Source: Phoronis australis (lineage: Eukaryota; Animalia; Phoronida). From it: 64,000 nt of DNA. Position numbers and translations under genes: made by a program. Shown here piece by piece: positions 38,372-51,300 of this stretch (the first letter of the stretch is position 1; each line of letters opens with the position of its first letter). The stretch spans positions 1,328,584-1,392,583 of the forward strand of contig NMRA01000008.1 in the NCBI GenBank assembly GCA_002633005.1, in the 5' to 3' direction. Under the pieces are notes generated by a model, which did no database searches, was not told where the DNA came from, and saw nothing but the letters and a program-made list of their open reading frames with translations.

Positions 38372-40684
38372 NCCCCCCCCCCCCGCCTTAAGCCTGAAAT
38401 GCGTGTTGCACATAGTGATGTATTGTGCTCATTAAAGCGACCCTTGGGTAAATATACTCTGATTATTATTCCTTGTTTATTGCAAATGGTCATCAGATCT
38501 GAATTCTTAATTAGTAACTTACATGTTTTTTGTGCAATAGTGACTTTCTAAGCTTTCCGTTTAGTATTGAAATCCTGTGCAATTATTGTGCAAGCCATCT
38601 GTTAGTCCGTCCACTGCAAGCCAATCAACTGACTGTGCTGTGTGGTAATAAGTCTATGTGCAGTGTAGTTATTCAGAGTGTGTGCTTTGTGTAGTCAATT
38701 ACTGTGATCTCTTGAGTTTGAAGACTTAGAGAACAAAATTGCTGTAACCAGCCGTACCAGTAAAGGGCTGAATCGTTAAACTGTAAAATGGCAAATGAAA
38801 TTTATTGATGTGTTATTCATTTTGTTCTGTGAGTAGAATCCATGAAATGATTTAAATCGAATTGACTGGTGCCGCAAATAATCTGGCATTCAGCGCTGAC
38901 TGTCATTGAGAAGCTCGGAAGTTCCTAGGTGGCTCCGATGAAACAGAAGTACTCACTGTATAAATGGATAGTAAAGTGCGACCCGCATTCTGTGAGCATG
39001 ACTAGCTATCAGTCTTTGCAGATAATAAGATGTGAAGCTTTCTTCATCAGCGCGTCACCTGGAGAATACTGAGCTTCCCACTAGCAAAGTGTCAGACCTC
39101 TTATGTTTTAGGGTTCGCTCAGTCTTAACGAGTGTTTTTCCGTCCTGTATGGAGTGTTGCCAACTTCTTACATCGTGGAGTGTCGATAAAAATGAATTCG
39201 GTTGTATAAAAACATTCCATTGTAGCATTACGCTCTCTTGTTGTGAAGTAACGTATAGTTACCTCGAAGACGTGTGATGCTTTCATATACTGTAAATGTG
39301 TAGTGTGGTTCAACAGAGTGAATACTGATTGTAATTTATGAATGTTGCTCAAAACTTCACATTCAGTTTTCTGTAAGTACTTTCCAAACATCTTTAACTG
39401 CCATGGGTAGGTCCTGGGTGCAGATTTAGAGTGCTTGAAGTGAAAGAGTGTAATGTGCCCCCTATGGGGAAATTGTGTGTACATGTCTATACTTACAGAA
39501 CTGATGTAGTATTTTTTCAGTGCATGTTGAACACTTAACACAAACCTAGGGGGCTATCTTAGTCAGTTTAGTCTTAAAAATGAAATGAGTTATTTGTTTC
39601 CAAGTACTTGTCGAGAATTCTTTTTTGGGTGGGGGCGAATTGTCCCTGTTTATATTTTCCAGCTACCAAGTTTTCATTGTCAAAAGCACTCGGAAATGAA
39701 ACGTATATTGGGTTGGTGTAACCTGTTGCATACGCAACACAAACCTAATGTTGTCAAGTACATGTACATTTCTATATAGCACATTTCTTAGTGAGACTGA
39801 AACTGTGTTCTTCTCTGTTGTTTGAATAAAAATTTTATCCACAAAATAGTGTGTTCAGTTCACGTAAGATATGATGCGTCCAGGTGGACTCTGGAGGCCT
39901 TCCCGTGTACTGCCAGCTAAAACTACTGTGCCTATAGTTAGTCTGTTGTATTAGGTTTAGGTTGAGGTAAACAAATCATGTTCAGCAGCTGTGGGATGCA
40001 CCGATGATCATCCAGCCCATGAGAAATAATGCGGTCAATTCGGCACCAAGCTGGTCCAGACATTGATTCAAAGTAGGTTTAGTAAATACCCCCACCTTTA
40101 ATAAAAATATCACATCAAGTACGTGAGTGACTTAAGCAGTTGTCCTCTCAAGGCCCATTTGACAAAATACATGCTTCTCCATGCATTCAAGCCCCCTACA
40201 GAATACAAAATGTCTGGGCATTCATTCAAGAAAATATGACATGCAAGATTGTCATGTGGTAGTTGAACTGCAGGAATGACTGGTAATGGCTCGGCTGCTT
40301 TTGGGTTGTTCAGACAAATGCACAGGCCACGCCCTCCATACTTCCATTGCGAAGTCCCACTAGCGCAAAGTAAATATGGCGTAAGTCCATAACAGTAACA
40401 GTTGCAATGCGTAATCGTTGAAACTGTTACCATGGAGAGCCGCGTTATCAAAACAGGACCTGGGGAACAAACGATTATTGCGCATAGCTGTATATCCAGG
40501 ACTCGGAGACTTTGAGCCCATTCGTGTGATTATGCCTCACCACTGACATACCAAGCTTCACTATGCGAGTAACCATTCTATTCAAACTGACACCAAATGC
40601 TGTGGTAGTTATTCACATTGTACACTTGTGTTTGCCAACGAGATTAAGTGCTCCGGCAAGCTATTTCATAGCACATCTAAAAAC

Positions 40685-40720
40685 AGAAAAACTACTTCCC
40701 TGAGAAAAACTACTTCCCTG
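40685..40720. repeat. Local 18-bp tandem duplication
   Basis: AGAAAAACTACTTCCCTG occurs twice. Confidence 0.9.
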
Positions 40721-42305
40721 TAATTCAGCATATGTCTGTTTTTGTGTTCACTGGTGGTCTGGTCCACATTCATAGTTCCACGTCTAATTGTTAATTTACA
40801 CGAGTTACTAATATAGAAAAGAAGGTTTATGTTTGCGAAATGTCAGTCATACACACTGCATTATGAATAGAAATGAAACGTGAAAATTTCAGCAGAATTC
40901 AAATGAAAAACAAAATCCGATCTTGTGTAATGTTTTTGATTAAAAACATTAATTTTCTGCATTTTACAAAAGATAAAAAACTATCACCATTTCATTTGCT
41001 CTAATGTTCAGTATCAATTTGCTATAATCTTAGTCCTGAATACCTTGTAACATGCTCTTGTTGTAAATCACTAGAGATGGATATTGTGTGCCAAATCAAA
41101 AATGATTTCCAGCACAAATGATAAGATCATATAATAAGAAGAAAAGAGCTGCTCAACTTGTTGCCTCTAACTACTACGATTTGAAAACACGATTATATGG
41201 AATGATATATATGCAAATTATCCGTTGTTCAGATCACAACAATACTTTACACTAGGTGACTTTTGTATAAGTGAGGCATCTGTATGTATCACTGTGCCAA
41301 TATCCTAGTTGAGGTACACATGGCTATTTGTGAAACATTCGTGTTAAAGTGGGGACTGAGACAAGAAAACGCACAGACAAGAGCATATCGTGTATTGTGC
41401 TTGACAATGTACAGCATTTTATACATAGAGTAGCTCAGTGATTTGAGTTCAGGACTCCCTGTTGTACAATTGGTCTTATTTTGTTTCTTATCATGTCAAG
41501 AATTGTACAATGAAACTTGCCTTAACTCAAAATCCAACTTTGCTGGTGGTTTTGTAATTGGCCCAGTTGTGTTGCACACCCAGCAGAATTAATGAAGAAC
41601 ATAATATTAAAACGTTAAAAGTCACATTTCTTGTCCAATTTTCAAAATTATCAAACCTAATCACGTTTTTTGCTTTTCCCAAACTATTCAAATATGCCAC
41701 TTACAAACTTTCAAAACAAAAATTTAAGAATACCATTATCGCCGCCATGTTTACGGTGGTCTCATTATCTAGAGAACGATAACATCAGCAACCTGAGGCG
41801 CTTTAATTAACCACAACAGCATTGGCAGATTCTGTGGGGTGCAAACCGGTCAAGTTGTCCAGTCTTGACCGGTTAGGGTGTCAAAGTGGGATTCTTTTCA
41901 TGCTCAAATTAGAACTGATTTCTGGGTTTGGCAAATTCTGATAGTTCAATTTTTCTTCCAACCAGGCATGTCAAATTTCAGTTCACAGCGTAACCTGAAA
42001 CTTTATGAACTTGTCTCAAGAAATAACCGACTCAGTTCTTTCCAAGACCGAAATCACCTCCAGTTTGACTTAGAAACAATTTGACAACAGTTTTATAATG
42101 ATTAGTGGCCTCATTCAAACTTGTTGTTTTGACAGAAAGCACGGGTTCATTGCCGCTTTAAGAAAAATATTTACAAACGCATTATTTTGAATATATTTGC
42201 GCATAGAGACTAAGTGAAACATGTGGCACATTGTAAATAAATTACCAGGTACTCCACTATCAAAAACAATAAAAACATAAAATAAACTACTATTTACATC
42301 AAGCA

Positions 42306-45300
42306 CTAAAGTTCTTGTTTTTCTAACACTTTTTTAACTATTCCCCTGGCTTTATTTGCCATAGAATCAAAGTAATCGTCACCATCTTCGTCTGTCAGAG
42401 ACAGCTCATCGTATTCACTTTCTAAATGCCTCAGCCACCCTACACTTTGCTGGAAGTCCTTTTGACACGGTGACGCCACGAGATCCATTGCATTTAGCAC
42501 CTTCTCACGACTATCGTGTACTGTAATTTCTAACAGGGGAGGTAATATCCTACACCATCCATGCTCCAGAAGGGCATCCAACAACGGTACTCTGAAAGAA
42601 ATCATTTGGTTCAACTCAATAAATGCATTTCAATCGACTTAGACAAACTTTTACATCAGACTAGCACAGACATAGCTAGAAAGTCTTCTTGCCTCACAAA
42701 CCGCATGGGAATTCTCACTAAATAAGGTTCCGTGTCCTAAACTCAATTCTTTACTCATTCACGCACTTGTTTGCAACACAAGAAATGCCGTTTGTAAGAA
42801 CCGTGGTTTATAAAAAAGAAATCTGATCCGAAGAAAATAATTGTACTGGCAGATTAAGAAAGTAACATTCATGACCTAAGAACACTTGACAAAGAGAATG
42901 TCTGTGCTGCTCGAGAGTGAAAACTGACTACCAATGTAGCAAAAATATTGTCAATTTCTATTCAATTACTATAACAAAAACTCGTCTCCAGTGCCTGGTT
43001 GCATGAAACAGTTCTAAATTCCCTACATCTTTGCATATCTGTGTCTTTCTTTACTCACAGATGTAATCTTTTTTCAACTATTTCGTCTTTATTACGCCTC
43101 CTTTTTAACTAAATAAAAGACATTTTCAATCAAATAATAATTAAAAACTGACCCCTGAGATCAATGAAAAAATAGGGACTTAGTCCTTAAATTAGGGACT
43201 TTGCTCAAAAAGATCCCAATATATTTTCCATAACATGAAGCGTTCAATGCAGTTTACTCTCCATTTGTATCAAAGCCAAACGTCTACTTAGTAAAGAAAC
43301 TAACATTAGAAATGACGATCGGCGTTTTCACCAGTCCACAAATATGCAGTAAATTTAGAGAACTTAGTTGAGTCCCTATTTGAGACTGTTTCATGCAACT
43401 GGGCACAGTTATCAAAAAGCGCTTTCTAAAACGCATCTGTTTAACCCATAGAACAGTGTCGTCTACATAAACAAGCTAGTATGTAAAGAAGAGTCTGAAT
43501 AAAGTCGCAGGACCAGCAAATCATGAAACTTACTTTTTATATTGCTTGAATTTCTCCACTTCCACTGAGTTATTCTCATCTAGATGCTTTTCTGTCAAAC
43601 GCTGAAAATACATCCAATTACCAATTATTCACATCTCATTTAGCAATGAGTAAATTACTTTCCGACAGGAGTTAGGACAAGCCTCTTTGCACACTGGAGA
43701 CAACCATCCAAACACAATCAATGCAAACCCATCCATTGGACTTGCAAGGCAGTCCATGTTATGAAGAGTCTTTTAAAAATAACAATATGGACAAACCCAG
43801 AACTCACGAGACATTATATTTGGAATGGAAACGACACAAAGGAAATTCAAACTAAGCATTAAAAAAAATTGTATAAAAATGACTAACTATACTACTCCAA
43901 ATACACGTACGATGACAACTTTAGAGTGCATCCCTTGAATTTTCCCTCTACAGTGTATACCCTATTTCCCTTACCTGTTCATTAAGGAGATCGTTCATGA
44001 GAGACACCACCTTGATATGGAGCGCCTCGGCACCAGGAATGCTAAAGAGAGATAGTAGAGAGGAGACCCCGCCCAACTGTAGGAACCTGTACTGTGCGTG
44101 CGGGAAGTGACGGATAGTGGAAGAGATTGCGTAGATGACTCGGCTCCGCAGTTTGATGGATTTCTCTGTGTTCACCATGTGAATGAGCTGTTGCAGTAAA
44201 CCTGCCTCCAACGCTTTGATTTGCACTTTAGGATTGCTGTAAACGGAAACAACGCAACAGTGTTGTGGCGATTCTTTGATTATTTCTAATGAACAAATGC
44301 TCACACCGGACTCGTCTCCTTCAATCACAGATCTAGACATTTTCTGCATCCAGACCACCACTACTCAATCACATCGCACACTGTTGAGAAAGTGTTGCGG
44401 CAATTTTCGGAGCACACCTTGCAGCATTGGCTGGTAAAAATTTTCATTGAAACATTGTTGTTACTCAATTCGGAACAACTGACATGTTGAAATTGTGTTG
44501 GCAGTCACACCCTGTTTTGTCTTGCAACGGGAATAATATTCAGATTCTAACTGACAGCAACGCACACCAATTTTTACAATGTCTGTGATTAAAACAACAA
44601 ACTCCATGTCAGTGAAACTACCATACCAAGCTCAGAGGAAAGTAAAAATTATTAGAGAACACAAATTCAGACATGCCGCACAAATTTCAAATCAAAATTG
44701 AAACAAAAGTGCGACTTACAGGTCCTTTAAATCTACTTAAAATATGTGAGCCAATTGAAACACAGTAATTATGTTTTTAAATGATCGATGAAAATAGAAT
44801 CACAAATGCTGTTTGTTGTAGAAAACAAATTAAGAACCTTAATCATGTCTGTCACCAGTAAACAAAAGCGAAATTCTTCAGCTTTACAACAAGAGTCAAA
44901 AGTTTGATTTATACCTGACAAAACTTAACAGTTACAGTTTTTCCTTAGACTTAAAACAAAGTTTCAATAAAAGCTGAACTCGAGACAAAAACAAAATGTG
45001 AGCGATACACTGGCTCGACGTTACATTTTGGAGTAACTTAAAAAGTACAAGATCGCAGCCACCAGTAACAACCAGCTAGTCTCCAGGCTCCAGTAGTTTC
45101 AAGTAGTCTTTAAAACATTGAGACTATCCTCAATTTTCATCCTACCTCTGAGTAGCTGCTCCCAAAACAAACGCAGCTCCACTCCGTATCTCCTCATGGC
45201 TGGTGTCATTGAGACTCTTCGACATTTCAACCAGTCCACCCAGGTCAGCAAAATAAACACCATTATCAACCTGGTAACAAAATAGCCACGTAGTGAGTAA

Positions 45301-48300
45301 AGAACTAGTCACAAAATCCCTAAACACACTCGTTTATGGTTTGGAAAATTATGAGACCAATGCTGACAATTGTGTATGACCTTAAGAAAAAATATAATTG
45401 TGGCCAGGATTAGTGTTGAATGGAACAGACATTTTGAAGTTGTTAGAGCTACAAAACAGTAACACCTGCTGTTTTTGCAACTTTGTTACAAATTGCCAAT
45501 TCACGCCACTGTCTGTCAGACATTCACTGAAATCAAAGCTTGGACCAGTTAAATATGCTAAAATACTCAGTTATCTACTGGGTAGGATTTAGCTCAGACA
45601 GTAGAGCATTTGGATGCAACGTGAGCGTTTCGGGTTTGATTATGCGGTGATGTTGATCTCAGAAAAAAAGATTTTCTTCTCAATAATGTCACATTAATCC
45701 GCTAAGTACCAATTATTACACAACCACTGAAACTTCTAATCTCTGACTGACTAAAACAGGGTACGATAACTTCTGATATACTGTAATATTGACCAAGGTG
45801 GCTATGAAATATCACTTTTCATTTATGCTACCCAAACATCAGATGTCAGATCTGACCAATCAGAGTACTACAGGAAAGCAGCAAAAAAACAAGCAATATC
45901 TCATAACACACAAAATATCTGAGGATTGAAAAACCAGTGCTCGTGCAATAAAACAAATGTATACCAGCCTCTTGGCTATATCAGATCATATGGACCTCAG
46001 GACATCGAACATTTCTCCCCATTGGTCCAAATGAAAAGATATCACTCACGATTGGTCGATACTTGAAAACTACATCAATCTGAAGACAGATGCTATTTCA
46101 CATATTAACTAATCTCTGAAATAACTGGTGTTGGCATTGATCATATTAAACAAAGTTAAAGCTTGTGAATATTGGAAAGAAGTCCAACAAATTTACACAT
46201 TCTAGCTTTTACCAACATGTAAACCCAGACAGATCTTGCATCAGGTAAGACACCTGTAGTTGTACCTTCCCAAACAAGCACCTGAGCTTACACGCTGACA
46301 CACAGAACACACCAAAAGTAATCACAAAAACTGATCTGCTATTCCGTCACGACTGCCGGACACAAGTGCAAATCATAATATTAGTAGTGATTCGGCATGA
46401 CTAAAAGTGATAGAGAATTTACTAGAAAGTGAACATATTAAAAAAAAATAGTTCCATAATTGCAGAGTGGCAACACACTGCCAGACATTTTAACAACAAA
46501 CAGAATTAGCTGCCACTAAGTTGCAACAGCATTTTTCTAATGAGGCCAGAAGGTGCTAATTATCAAGGCTCCTCGCCTGAATAGACTGATGGTAGGAAGC
46601 AGTTCAGCACTATCGACATGTCAGTGATCTAACAGTAACATGTGACTACCTGAATACATACATTTCTACAGGTAGGACTGTTAGCCCACTGACGCAGCAT
46701 GGTAAATCTAAAATTACATATTACTTTTGCCCCGTACTGTCTACGGTTGTCAGTAACCCCATCTAGTATTTATGTTACCTGGTGAACAAGAAATTCTATG
46801 TCATCAAGTAGTTCGACTCTGGTTGCCACGGTTGCATTAACGGACTTGAACTTGTCAACCAGCTCGGTGAGAATTTCGGCATCAGTTTTTATGTCAGCCT
46901 CCATTTTTCGCATGTCTTCCTTAAGTTCTTCGTATGAGCGGAACTTCTTCTTCAGAGCTTCAGCCTTCACCTGAAAACAGTCAGGATATCATGACTACCA
47001 GCAGAATACTACCCTGCTAAACCAACACGTGAGCTTATTAAAGTGCCTATCAGTAGAAAAAGTCTCCTGTATTAAACTGCCTAGCAGTAGGCGATTCTCA
47101 TGGGAGGCTATTTTCAGATGGAACAGTTCATCATTTCAAATATATCACAAAAGCACTCACAGCCCTGGGGGGAATTTTACAGTCAAAGTTAAGTTTGGTG
47201 TTGTCTACTTCGGTGTCTTTTTGTTGATGCACTGCCAGGAACAAAGGAATTAACTTAAGAAGTGTTCAATACTAACTTCTTATTAACATAAAAATTTGTT
47301 TTACTGAATGTGCATCATTTGATGATGAGTTTTGGTTACACATGCTTGTGCTGAAATTATAAAAGTTTTAACGAAAACGAAACAACAAATGGTTTCAACA
47401 ATAATTTCATTGTACGATTATTACAATTTTAAACCCTAATAGTTTATTAATTAATTAATTAAATAGCATTGAATGACATACAATACACCTCAAATATAAT
47501 AGTACAAAATTCCGCTCGCACTCAGCCACCACGGCAGGAATTTTGCTAGCGATCAATAGCCATGAAGAGGGAATTCCTAGTAATTCTGTCCAATTGCTTT
47601 TTTTAAATAGCGCAGTGGGGCCCAGTGCGATTTAAACCCACGGCCTTGAGAACAGGAGGCAGAAAGTCAACCCAATATGGCACACTGTTTCCTCCCAATT
47701 ATTTTTGATGTGAATTGCGTTCAACTAGAAATAGTATACAAAGTACAAACCTCTTCATCCTGGACATCGTCTTTGTTGGCTTTGAAATTCTTTAAAGCTT
47801 CCTTCAACTGATTGACCGTGAAATCTTTCCTGTCAGCATTAACCATGCCTATACAAGACAAGGGTGTGGGATACAGTCAATACCAATAACTACACAGTAC
47901 ATCAATATGAGACCTGCTGCAGGCCAGGCAAAAAGCCCTTGAAAAACTGCAGGCAATTTTGCCTTATAAATTTGTCGATTTTTGGCAAGAAGAATTTTCG
48001 TCAACTTTCTAGATATTTCTTATCAAGTTAATGTAATTTCACAACTGTCTCATCAAAAGTGAATCTCAAAGAAAATGCTGTATGAATACATTAACATTCT
48101 TTAAAGTGAAATGCAATCTGTTTTTGATGTAACGCTTAGTAAAAATACAGATCCCCTGTTATCTAGGAGATGCTATCATTTAATTACCGTTCTTCTGGTG
48201 AGTATTTACCACCCATGGAACAATAGAATGTAGCACGGATGGCTTAGTAAAAGACGTTCGTCTTGGTTCTACATTCACGTCCGTTGAGCAAACACAGTGT

Positions 48301-51300
48301 CCAGTTACTCACTGAACACGGTCGTTTTTGTTCACTGGAGGTGAATGCAGAACCAAAATGCAAGGCTTTTATAGGGATATTTAAGTCACTTTTTTGTTCC
48401 ATGGAATAATAACATAACACTGATTGTGAAGCCATTTCAGGGGCTTCAAGGGGTATACGCTGGATGCGCAATTATCACTGCCTCTGTTTCCGTCCACAAA
48501 AAGGGCGGAAAGTGAAATCAAGTGTCTTAATTCTTCAGGCAACTCTCATCCTAACGCTGTCAGATTAAAGAACAATAAAGAGTAACTGAGCAGAGGGACT
48601 TGTGGTTTTATGACCCTCCAGAGTAGGCTGCCTGCCAACTCCAGATGGTCTATCAGGACAAAATATTGTTATGAATGCACGTCATAAGAACAACAATTAA
48701 CATAAAAAACATCTCTCCAAGACAACTGGAGATTTATATTTTTCCCAAGTGGTAATATGAGAAATGACTGCTTTCCCTTACATGTTCATAGAACATCTTG
48801 AGCTACAAACCTTCTTTGTCGCCTTTTTTCCAATACTTTGTCCCATCATCTCCCTCCATCAGTTTGGCTTCCTTCAAGCCTGTCTCCAGATTGATACGCA
48901 CATGCAGACCTATAATGGCAGTCAATTGTCACCAGCAAGTATCACTTTAAAAAGGACAATGTTATGATTTAATCTTCAATTACATATTAACGAGTTGCTT
49001 TATTCAGTCTGCGACTGCAAGACTGTGACAATGTCAAGACACAAGAAACACAATGGTTGATACTTGATTTAACATAGAGTCGAAGAGAAAAAATAGAAGA
49101 AAAATGAAACCACAAATCAATGGAGAACAGACAGATTTTCAACATAAATTCGGCAGAGTTTCAAAAACAAAAAAATGCAACTAAAATCCTGACCACATCT
49201 TCAGAGTAGAACACTTTTCAATTCCAGCAAATTCTCCACAAAATCTTAACAGGAGTGGCTCCAAGCACTTTGTCAAAATCATGACAACTTGCCTTGCAAG
49301 ACCATTTATAAACAAAAAGGTGCAGCAACAAGACATTAAACTCTCATACCACAAGTTTGACAAAAATGCCATTTTACGTTGACAGATGTTTGACTAAATT
49401 GCCAGCAAGGATATAGCTACATCACTAAAAAAATACAAACACATGCCATAGTTTTATAATTGCAAATCAACAACTACACAGCTTTGGCCTTCACGATCTT
49501 GACATTTAGTGTCAAAGTTAAAATTGTATATGTCCAAACACTTCATGGTGAAAAATGCGTTCAAATGTGACCAATAACACAGGACCCACTTGTGGCAAAT
49601 GAGGTTACAGTGCCTAAAATCATACTGACCTTTTGGAATAGCTTGCCCCGACTTCACCACTTGCCATTCATGAGTAGGAATGAACACCTCAGAACTCAGT
49701 ACTTCCTTTTCGGTCTCGACCACACCATCTACAACAACAAAAGATGTTTTTATTTGACTTGGACTGTCTGTAGAGTTATAAACTCAAGATTTCGGAGTTA
49801 GCAACTTTTTCACAAGACTGCTCATATGTTCATGTTGATTGCTGCTGTGGTAATGCCATTTTGATTCCTTTCAAAAATTTTTTAGGGATGTAATGGCGAT
49901 CTCATCGTGAATCAATCCCGGGATCCCTCCAACAGCGAGCCACTACTTTACCACAGCACCATGAACATGTCCTCAAACGTGAAAGTCTTTTATGCATTTT
50001 ACGTCATCTGGATTCAAATTTATTTGTAAATATTTACCGCAAAACATAAACCTACATCAAGACATTGCATTTCCATCCATCATGCTGCTGCTTGAAAGGT
50101 GTGTATTCAAATGCTAAAATGTTCAATAAGTGCCATCTGTGTGGACTTAAGCGTGCGCACGCTGACATGCTGACATGTAGCTTGTAATCACACTGATATA
50201 GCCCAATCACGTTTGTCAATTGTTTCGCATTAAAAAACAAACGTTGCGTGACTGCAAAACATGGCATCTTTCCCAAAATGTAATATGATCCAACCTCTAC
50301 CTCAATAATTGTCACATTCTTGGAGTCCGAAAACTGACCACGCTGAAAGTCAGGGAACCTGCCTAGTGTTTCCATCTAGTGTCAGGCATGGAATCACCCT
50401 ATTCCCCATCCACATGGATGGATCAGGGAGACAATGGGAAAGGATGAAACAGGTGTCAACTGAGGTGTGTACAGGAGAGAAAGGTTATACCACCTCATGA
50501 TCATTTGTAAACATGAAACCCCTCCCTACCTTGCAGCAACTCCATGTCAGAGGAAACCAAAGTAAGAGACAGTAAACGAATCTGGCTATAACACTGCCAC
50601 TCAAAAAAAATGCTCTGATAATCAAGTGGTTGAAATTAATTTAAGTAGATCATGGCAAAAAATATCTCCAAAGACCCTTCGTAATGGGTAACTCAAACAT
50701 CGATCAATTTTGACATTAATTNTAGGCTGCCTGCCAACTCCAGATGGTCCATCAGGACAAAATATTGTTATGAATGCACGTCATAAGAACAACAATTAAC
50801 ATAAAAAACATCTCTCCAAGACAACTGGAGATTTATATTTTTCCCAAGTGGTAATATGAGAAATGACTGCTTTCCCTTACATGTTCATAGAACATCTTGA
50901 GCTACAAACCTTCTTTGTCGCCTTTTTTCCAATACTTTGTCCCATCATCTCCCTCCATCAGTTTGGCTTCCTTCAAGCCTGTCTCCAGATTGATACGCAC
51001 ATGCAGACCTATAATGGCAGTCAATTGTCACCAGCAAGTATCACTTTAAAAAGGACAATGTTATGATTTAATCTTCAATTACATATTAACGAGTTGCTTT
51101 ATTCAGTCTGCGACTGCAAGACTGTGACAATGTCAAGACACAAGAAACACAATGGTTGATACTTGATTTAACATAGAGTCGAAGAGAAAAAATAGAAGAA
51201 AAATGAAACCACAAATCAATGGAGAACAGACAGATTTTCAACATAAATTCGGCAGAGTTTCAAAAACAAAAAAATGCAACTAAAATCCTGACCACATCTT

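Noticed and set aside
32451-38551. Long ORFs of 200-277 aa in the ORF track
   Set aside because: Artefacts of translating N gaps; only the GIY-YIG tail at 32451-32685 is real.
40110-40451. 113-aa minus-strand ORF between WDR54 and SIL1
   Set aside because: Non-ATG start, no recognisable domain and no consistent exon partners.
45580-45650. tRNA-like sequence (TAGCTCAGACAGTAGAGCA...GGGTTTGATT); similar at ~41430
   Set aside because: No complete cloverleaf; at most decayed SINE heads.
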